NCBI RefSeq assembly: GCF_009914755.1
Contig: NC_060926.1
Strand: one strand, 5' to 3'
Length of the DNA: 64,000 bases
From: the human T2T-CHM13v2.0 reference genome, Homo sapiens
Part shown: piece by piece, positions 52,752 through 64,000 of the stretch
Layout: each line of letters starts with the position of its first letter
Numbering within the stretch: the stretch's first letter is position 1
The notes under the pieces: model-generated
Database searches by the model: none
Seen by the model: only the letters and a program-made list of their open reading frames with translations
Told to the model about the DNA's origin: nothing
Made by a program: the position numbers and the translations under genes

Positions 52752-53680
52752 CTCTTGGTCTTCTAACTCTCAAATAAGGGCAACTCCAGTTGCTCAGACA
52801 AAAACCCTGGGGGTCATTTTTGATTGCTCTCTTCCTCTCATGCCCTTCATGGATCGGTTAGTAAATCACGTTGGCATACCTTCAGAACACATCCAGAGCT
52901 CAGTGTTTCTTACCACTGCTTCTAATATGGCCCAAACCACCCACAGTCCTCTCCCACGTCGCTGCAGCAGCCTCCTAACTGGTTTCCCTGCCTCTGCCCT
53001 CACCTGCACCATCCACTCTCCACCAAGCAGCTGGAGTAAACCTTTTAAAAACTCAAGTCAAATCATTCTACTCTTCTATTCAAAACCCTCCTGTGGCTTT
53101 TCATCTCATGCAAAGTAAAACCCCAAATCCTTAGCGATGGCCACGACGCGTGACGTTGTCTGGTCCCCAGCACCCCTCTGACCGGGTCCGCTCTTTCCCC
53201 ACGCTCACTCCACTTGAGCTCTGCTGGTCCCGGCTCTTCCTTGGATGCACTGAGCATATTCATTCCTGCTTTGGGGTTCATGCACTTTGCTGCTCCCTTT
53301 TCCTAGGAGAGTTGTGCCCACATAGTCACAGGGCTTGTGTCCTCACTTTACATATCACCTTGTCAAAGTGGCCTTCTCAGATCACCCTGTACAAAAGCCC
53401 AGACCTACCCCTACCCCTGTCTTCCTGTCCGCTCTGAGTCCAGCTTCACTCCTTCTTTACAGCACACATCACCATTTGACATACTCAACAACGACGTTTC
53501 CACAGTTCTCGCCTTCTCCATGGCCCCTGCATGTCATGTCAACTCTGTAGACTCGTCTGTTTTGTTCACTGCTGCATCCTAGAGCCTAGAACAGAGACGG
53601 GGCACATAGTAAGAGCTCAATAAATGTCACCGAGTGAATGAATGGATGACAGAGGGCAATTGTCAGCAATGGAAAACTAA

Positions 53681-53938
<258 letters not shown>

Positions 53939-54320
53939 TTTTATCTGCATTTTACGAGAATACCTTGTGAAGGAGATACAACCGTTCCCATTCACAGTTA
54001 ACACTGAGGCAGTTAACACATGCCATCAGCCTCTGCCCCCTCTCCTGGGGCAGCCCGTTCCCCCCACCCCGAGGGCAGGCCTCACTGGGAGAGCTCTCCC
54101 AGGTTCTCTCCCATTTCATTAAATCTTATATCATCTCTAAGAAGGAGGGGCCTGAATCCCCACTTTACAGTTGAGGTCAACCAAGACTTCTCTAATGGCA
54201 AACCAGAACTTCAAATATGGCCATCTCGGGCTAGCAGTGGGATGGAAGACCAGAGAGGTGTGAAGTGACACCCGAGGGAGAATAGTATCTAGTGGAGCCA
54301 GCACAGCCAAACACAAGGAA

Positions 54321-54425
54321 AAAAATTAAAAAATTAGCCGGGCATGGCAGCATGTGCCTATAGTCCCAGCTACTTGGGTAGGGGGCTGAGTCCGGGAGAT
54401 TGTGGCTGCAGTGAGCTGTGAGTGT
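54321..54425 (+). mobile_element. Tailless internal Alu fragment
   Basis: Linker plus partial right arm between two copies of gccaaacacaaggaa. Confidence 0.85.
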
Positions 54426-54588
54426 GCCAAACACAAGGAACTGTGTTCCAGGAGCCTCTGGCTGTCGTCTCTCTTAGTCCTGGGGGGCATCCAGCTTGAT
54501 CTTTTAGTCATCATTCCAGGGGGCGTTGAAGGGTGTGCCTTTAATCTGGAATGCTGGAAAGATTCCCTGTCCTTACAAACGCAAAAGT

Positions 54589-54896
<308 letters not shown>

Positions 54897-55211
54897 CTAC
54901 ATAGAGCTGGGTTTTTGGGAACTGCCACGTGGGAGAGTGGAGGGGAGATTGGGCAAGGCTTCCGCAGTGAGCCTTGGTTTCTGGTGGGTGCCTGCAGCTT
55001 CTCCCAGGAGCCTCTCTTGCCTAGGATGCAGCATCCCCAAGCAGAGGAAACAGAGCTGCTTACAAGCTGGGCTGAGTGCTAATAAATTCAAATTGTATGG
55101 AAATGCAGAAACACTTAAATATTAAAAAAAAAAGCACTTACCAGAAATGCTTTAGATGCAGAGAGAACACATGCAAATGTGTTGAGCTTGTATATCTCAC
55201 CTTCCAGATAG

Positions 55212-55662
<451 letters not shown>

Positions 55663-55669
55663 GAGTGAT

Positions 55670-56155
55670 ATGTGTTTATAATACAATACTATGCAGCCTT
55701 TAAAAAGAAGGAAATCCTGTCATTTGTGACAACAGGGGTGAACCTGGAGGACATGACGTTAAGTGAAATAAGCCAGTAATAGAGAAACAGATACTGCATG
55801 TTCTCACTTCTTTGTGGAATCTAAAAAAATAATTTAATAGAAATTAGGAGTAGAATAGTGGCATGGGGTAGGATGGTATTGGGGAGACATTAGTCAAAGG
55901 ACACAAAAGTTCAGTTAGGAGGAACAAGTTCAAGAGATCTGTTGTATAGTGTGGTGACCGTAGTTAATAGTAATGTATAGTATGTCCGAAAATTGCCAAG
56001 ACAGTAGATGCTAAATGTTCTTATCATAACAATAAGTAGGTGAGGTGGTAAATATATTAATTAGCTTCATTTAACCATTCCACAATATACACTTATATCA
56101 AAACTTCATGTTGGAAAGCATAAATATCATTTGTCATTTGTCAATTAAAAAAAGA
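55670..56155 (+). mobile_element. L1MA-type 3' end
   Basis: aaaagaaggaaatcctgtcatttgtgacaac...gaacctggaggacat...ttcaagagatct...tttgtcaattaaaaaa. Confidence 0.85.
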
Positions 56156-56731
56156 ATCAGACACATAGTCTCACAAATGCTGTTTCTCTGGTTTGCAATT
56201 GTATTCATGTTGAAAATCCAGCAAATGCTGCTGGCTGTATACGCTTCTTGCCCTAATGCTGGACTGAAAAGCAGGAAATTCTGTGAGAGTTAGACCACCA
56301 TGGATAGACTGGGATGTATGGTCACCGAAGGTGTGATGCTGAATAAGAAGAAGTTTGGTCAATCTGGGGGCTGAATTTCAAGGCCCAGCGCGGTGCGGTG
56401 GGGAGAACAGAGGCTTCACGTCAGATAGCCCTCCGTTGGCATCTGATACTGTCCCCTCCTACTGAGGACCCAGGAGAATCGTTGGCAAGAGGATTGGTGA
56501 TAATGACATAAGGGGCCTCAGCCCAAGGCCTAGCTCATCAGGCACTTAATGAATGGTATTAATGTCACCTCTAACTGCCGTTCTCCATTCCTGTGGCCTG
56601 CTGGGACTTGTCACCAAAGCTGTCTGGGTAGGGGTGCTCTGTGCATGAGGAGAAGCCTCCTCTTTCCTGTTCACCTGACCCTGTTCTGCTATCCTGGGCA
56701 TCAGTTAACTTCACACTAAGTGCTGGAATCA

Positions 56732-57160
<429 letters not shown>

Positions 57161-57309
57161 TTGAAGTGCCCTGTTGAGAACTCTGGGCTTCTAGAAAACA
57201 ATGCTGCAATTGATTGGTAATGTCGGCCATGGCCTAGGAGAAGAGAGCAGGGCACGCAAGCTCCATGGTCGAATTCCAGACCCAGGGCTCCCTCCCAGGC
57301 AGGCTGCTC

Positions 57310-57620
57310 ACATTGGGCTCCCCAGAAGGTGATGCCAGGACAAGGATTTGTGTGCAAGTAGTTTTTAAAGAAGGGATACCAGGAGTGGGGAGTGGGACAA
57401 GGAAGGGATAGAAGGGAAGAGACAGAAGCCTATACGGGGGTGCTAATAAGTGGGTTCCCACTAAGTTACAGAGGCCCACCTGGGGGCACCTCTGGGAGAG
57501 GACAGGGAATGTTCCTCAGAGTTTTCCACCTGAGGGGAGAGGGAGGGACAATTTATCCTGCCATGCTCCCCAGCCTGCCAGCCCACCCCACAGTGAGCCC
57601 TGAGTTGGAGGTCCTGGTGG
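57310..57620 (-). mobile_element. Old ERVL LTR fragment (LTR16/33-like)
   Basis: gctccccagaag...caaggatttgtgtgcaagtagttt resembles the reverse of the LTR16/33 3' end. Confidence 0.5.
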
Positions 57621-58857
57621 CTGTGGGAGACACCCTTGTGCACTCCTGGACAAGGTGCCAATTCCAGAAGTCCCAGTGCCCTGCCTTATCCAGGAATGGC
57701 CAGCTCTGCACTGACAGTGGCACTGAACCCAAAGTTCACAAGGGGAGATTCTGGAGTTGGCCAAACCTGGGTTCAAATCCTGGCTCCAGCTGTGTGACTT
57801 TGGCAAGTTACTGGATTTCTCAGCATCCCCTAACAACCTAGAGGCAACAATTTGGGTTGTTGCGAGGGTCCCCTGATACTCCCCTCTGAGATCTTCCCTG
57901 ACACTCAGCTAACTCAGCATCTGCCTCCCCCACCCCTGTCTTGCATCTGCCTGGCTCTGCACACACATATAAAACATAAATTTCCCAGAGACCCAGCCTC
58001 AATCTACTTGAGAAGATCTGGGAAGAGAGTCCCGAGCTGCCACAGGGGACATAAAAACAGGCAAATTGCCTCTAGACACAACGCCAGCCTGGAGATCCCC
58101 AACAGGCAGGAGCTGACGGTCCACTGCCGGGCAGAGGGAGGATGGTTGACAGGCCTTTTATGCTCATTTTTAATGACCTTTTTAAAAGTTCTGTTTTTGC
58201 TTTTGTTTTATAACATCCATCAGAAATAATAATGTTGTGCAAGTATACAATTGATGCAGAAGCAGATACACATATTAGGGAGTGTGCTCAAAAATATTTT
58301 ATGAGTGCATAACCAAAAAACTTTGGAGACAACTGCAATCGATCCTCCTTTCTTGGCCTGGATAACGCATCTGGCCTTGCTTGCTCTTAACTCTCCCCAC
58401 ACCCTGCTCTGCTTGTCTCACTCTCTTCTCATAAATTATGTCTTGCGAAAATTCAGTCCCTGGCCTCTAAAAGTTTAGAAAGGAATCTGTTACATGTTAC
58501 TTGTATGAACACCATGAGAAGCCAAATCCTGCCCCGTCCCAGCCTTGGATTATTTTTCCTGGGCCTCTCTCCCATCCCCACCTCCTGACCCATCTCCCAC
58601 CTGTGCTCCAGCCAGACCACACCTTGGCAATCCTCCAGGCAGAGCCTCAGTGTCCCACCCCAGGCATTTCCACAAGGTGTGTCTTCTCCCAGCCCTGCAG
58701 GTCTTAATCGCCTCTGGCTCCAAAGCCCAACACAGACGCCGCATCTACCACAAAGCTTCTCTGGATCCTGAAACCACCAGGAGACACATCCTCTAGTGCT
58801 TCCTGGAAACTGTACCTGACATGTGCCCAGTGAGACCTGACACATGCTGCTTTGGGT

Positions 58858-59770
<913 letters not shown>

Positions 59771-60046
59771 TAGAGTAACTAATTTTTTTACCTGCAGTAA
59801 GTTTGCTCCTAAGGGAGTCTATGTACCCCTGTGCAATTATCTTAATAGATGGAATGTGATAATCACATATTTTTCTAATGCACATCAAAATCAATACTAA
59901 ACTATTAAAATGTTTAAAATGCCTGTTCACATATCACCAAACGGCATCTCGTGGGCCAGCCCTGGAATGAGCTGCCTTCAGGGAAACACTGATTATATTG
60001 AGGAGGTTTGACTTACACAATGTGCAAGGATAATTATAACATAAAG

Positions 60047-60565
<519 letters not shown>

Positions 60566-60712
60566 GAGCATCACAGTCAGTAATGAGCCAAAGCTGGGTG
60601 ACTAAATGAACAAATCAACTAATGAAAACATGGACACCCAGGAGCCTGAGCTTCTCCTTTTAAAATTTTGTTAAGTAGGACTGTTACTGATTAACCAGTT
60701 CACTCAAGATTA

Positions 60713-61269
<557 letters not shown>

Positions 61270-61835
61270 TCAGGGTTTACCTTGTAGGGCTATGTGACTA
61301 GCAACTAGCAAGTCATACCCTTGGGAGGCCCTGGGTGAATACATGGCCAAATATTTATCATCAAAAGTTGCCAGCCCTTAGAGAAATGGCCTCCGTCTTC
61401 ATCTTTCAATCAAATGTCACTTTATCAAACAACAGAGCCACAACATTTTTAAAAGGACAAAGACTGAAACGTCACCCATGACAAACATTTTGGAAACAAG
61501 ATTTTCTAAAATGGAGAAAATAGAGGAACACATAGTTCGTGGTCATAGGCTGGCCACACCACCTGCCACTTCATTAGTCTTTGCCTGGGGACTTTTTGTT
61601 TCCTGATAATCATTAATATATATTTTTATGGGTTGTTTACTGGCTACATTTAATAGATGACAAAAAGGACAGTCTGAATATGTTGTTTTCCATCAACTGG
61701 AACATACCACTCACGTTTTCCGTATTTTGTATGAGAATCTTCATTCTGAAGTTTTGCAGTAAGCATTTTGAGTGAATGGACACATTTTAGGACTGACCAC
61801 ATAAATCAAGAGATGGATGTACATTCTTATTTCAT

Positions 61836-62158
<323 letters not shown>

Positions 62159-62386
62159 TAGAAGTCAAAAATTCACACATCATTTTGCTTTCCAGATACG
62201 CTCGGTGTTTCCAGTTCTTAGTACATTCTTCCAGATTTCGTCTGTGTTTCTGTGCAAATGTGTGGCCAAGTGTGCGCATACCCACACTGTGCTGTCTGTT
62301 ACTCACTGTGCCTCTTTCACTTGACTCTACCTGGGACATCTTTTCTCGTCAGTTCATAAAAATCTGTCTGATGAGAGGACTTTTTA

Positions 62387-62727
<341 letters not shown>

Positions 62728-63324
62728 TCAGGCTCAAATGAAGTTCATGATTGCAAGGGTATTCTAGACTGACCCAAAGATTTTCTCCCCAACACCAAAA
62801 ACTGGAAAACAGCCTGACAGTCATTAATTCCTGAGGGAACAGCTGACTCTTCTGAGACCATCTACTCTCTGCCCACAACCTCTCCTGCATACCCCAGCTG
62901 TGGCTCTGCTATTCATCCCAAATGTCCTGGCCAGGCCCACCCACTTGGCCAAAAAGTTGACTTCCCAGCCAGACCTGGTTGATCAATTGGCCACTATCCT
63001 TACAGGAAAAGTCTGAGTTATGAGAAAAAAAAAACTAATTTCTTCCAAAATATAAAAAGAAAACTGCATGATCAAAGTGAATAAATGTTTAATTAAATGC
63101 CTGCAAAGTGGAACACTATGTCAGCTTCCTTAATTGATACATTCAGTATTTTTAAAAATTTCATTACATTTGCAAAACAAATTGAAAGTAGCATTTCCTC
63201 CTTTGCAAGAATTCTTGAGGAGTGTGTGGTGATTGCCAAGAAATAACAAGTTGCTCATGTACTATTATTTTAAAAAGAAAAATTATCAAAACCATTTAAA
63301 AATATTTTGCAATATTAAAAATAC

Positions 63325-63435
63325 ACATGATCCTGATCTGATCACTATACATTAAATGTATCAAATCATCACTATGTATTCCATAAATATGTGCAATTAT
63401 TATGTGTCAATTAAAAATAAACAAATAAATAATAC
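63325..63435 (+). mobile_element. L1MA 3' terminal fragment
   Basis: ccataaatatgtgcaattattatgtgtcaattaaaaataaa. Confidence 0.75.
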
Positions 63436-63529
63436 ACATATGTGTGCATATATGTGTATATACATACATATACTCAGTGTGGGCTGTTTGATGTGTTATT
63501 GGAACAAGGTCTTTAAAAGTAAGCTGAGG

Positions 63530-63812
<283 letters not shown>

Positions 63813-63821
63813 GAAGCTGAG

Positions 63822-64000
63822 GGGCTGGGCGTGGTGGCTCACGCCTGTAATTACAGCACTTTGGGAGGCCATGGTAGATTAATCAGTTGATGTCAGTAGT
63901 TCCAGACCAGCCTGACAAACATGGTGAAACCCTATCTCTACTAAAAATACAAAAATTAGCTGGGCATGGTGGAGGGCACCTGTAATCCCAGATATTGGGA
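63822..64000 (+). mobile_element. AluS running off the window end
   Basis: Left monomer, linker and start of the right monomer. Confidence 0.93.

Overview
Primate (human-like) genomic DNA, either intergenic or deep intronic. I cannot support any host protein-coding exon, RNA gene or CRISPR-type array. The window is dominated by transposable elements: more than 30 Alu copies or fragments (J, S and Y-like), one full-length ~6.15 kb L1PA4/L1PA3-type LINE-1 (33910-40085, ORF1 and ORF2 disabled, antisense ORF0 open), a complete THE1C-like MaLR provirus nested in an MLT1 LTR nested in old L1, a solo MER52 LTR, a deleted MER34/MER4-group ERV1 provirus, several other LTRs, a long fragmented L2, MIRs, and hAT/Tigger fossils (MER2, MER53, MER20, MER6, MER1B, MER58B, MER5A, MER45C). 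Family names come from recalled consensus sequences and need Dfam/RepeatMasker confirmation. I found no convincing novel multi-gene system. The most interesting signals are small structural ones: a probable ancient inversion splitting a MER45 element, a tailless Alu fragment between 15-bp direct repeats, a polyadenylated LTR-like snippet between 10-bp direct repeats, the intact L1 ORF0, a CpG-containing TF-motif cluster at 6.5-7.65 kb, and two non-TE hairpins.
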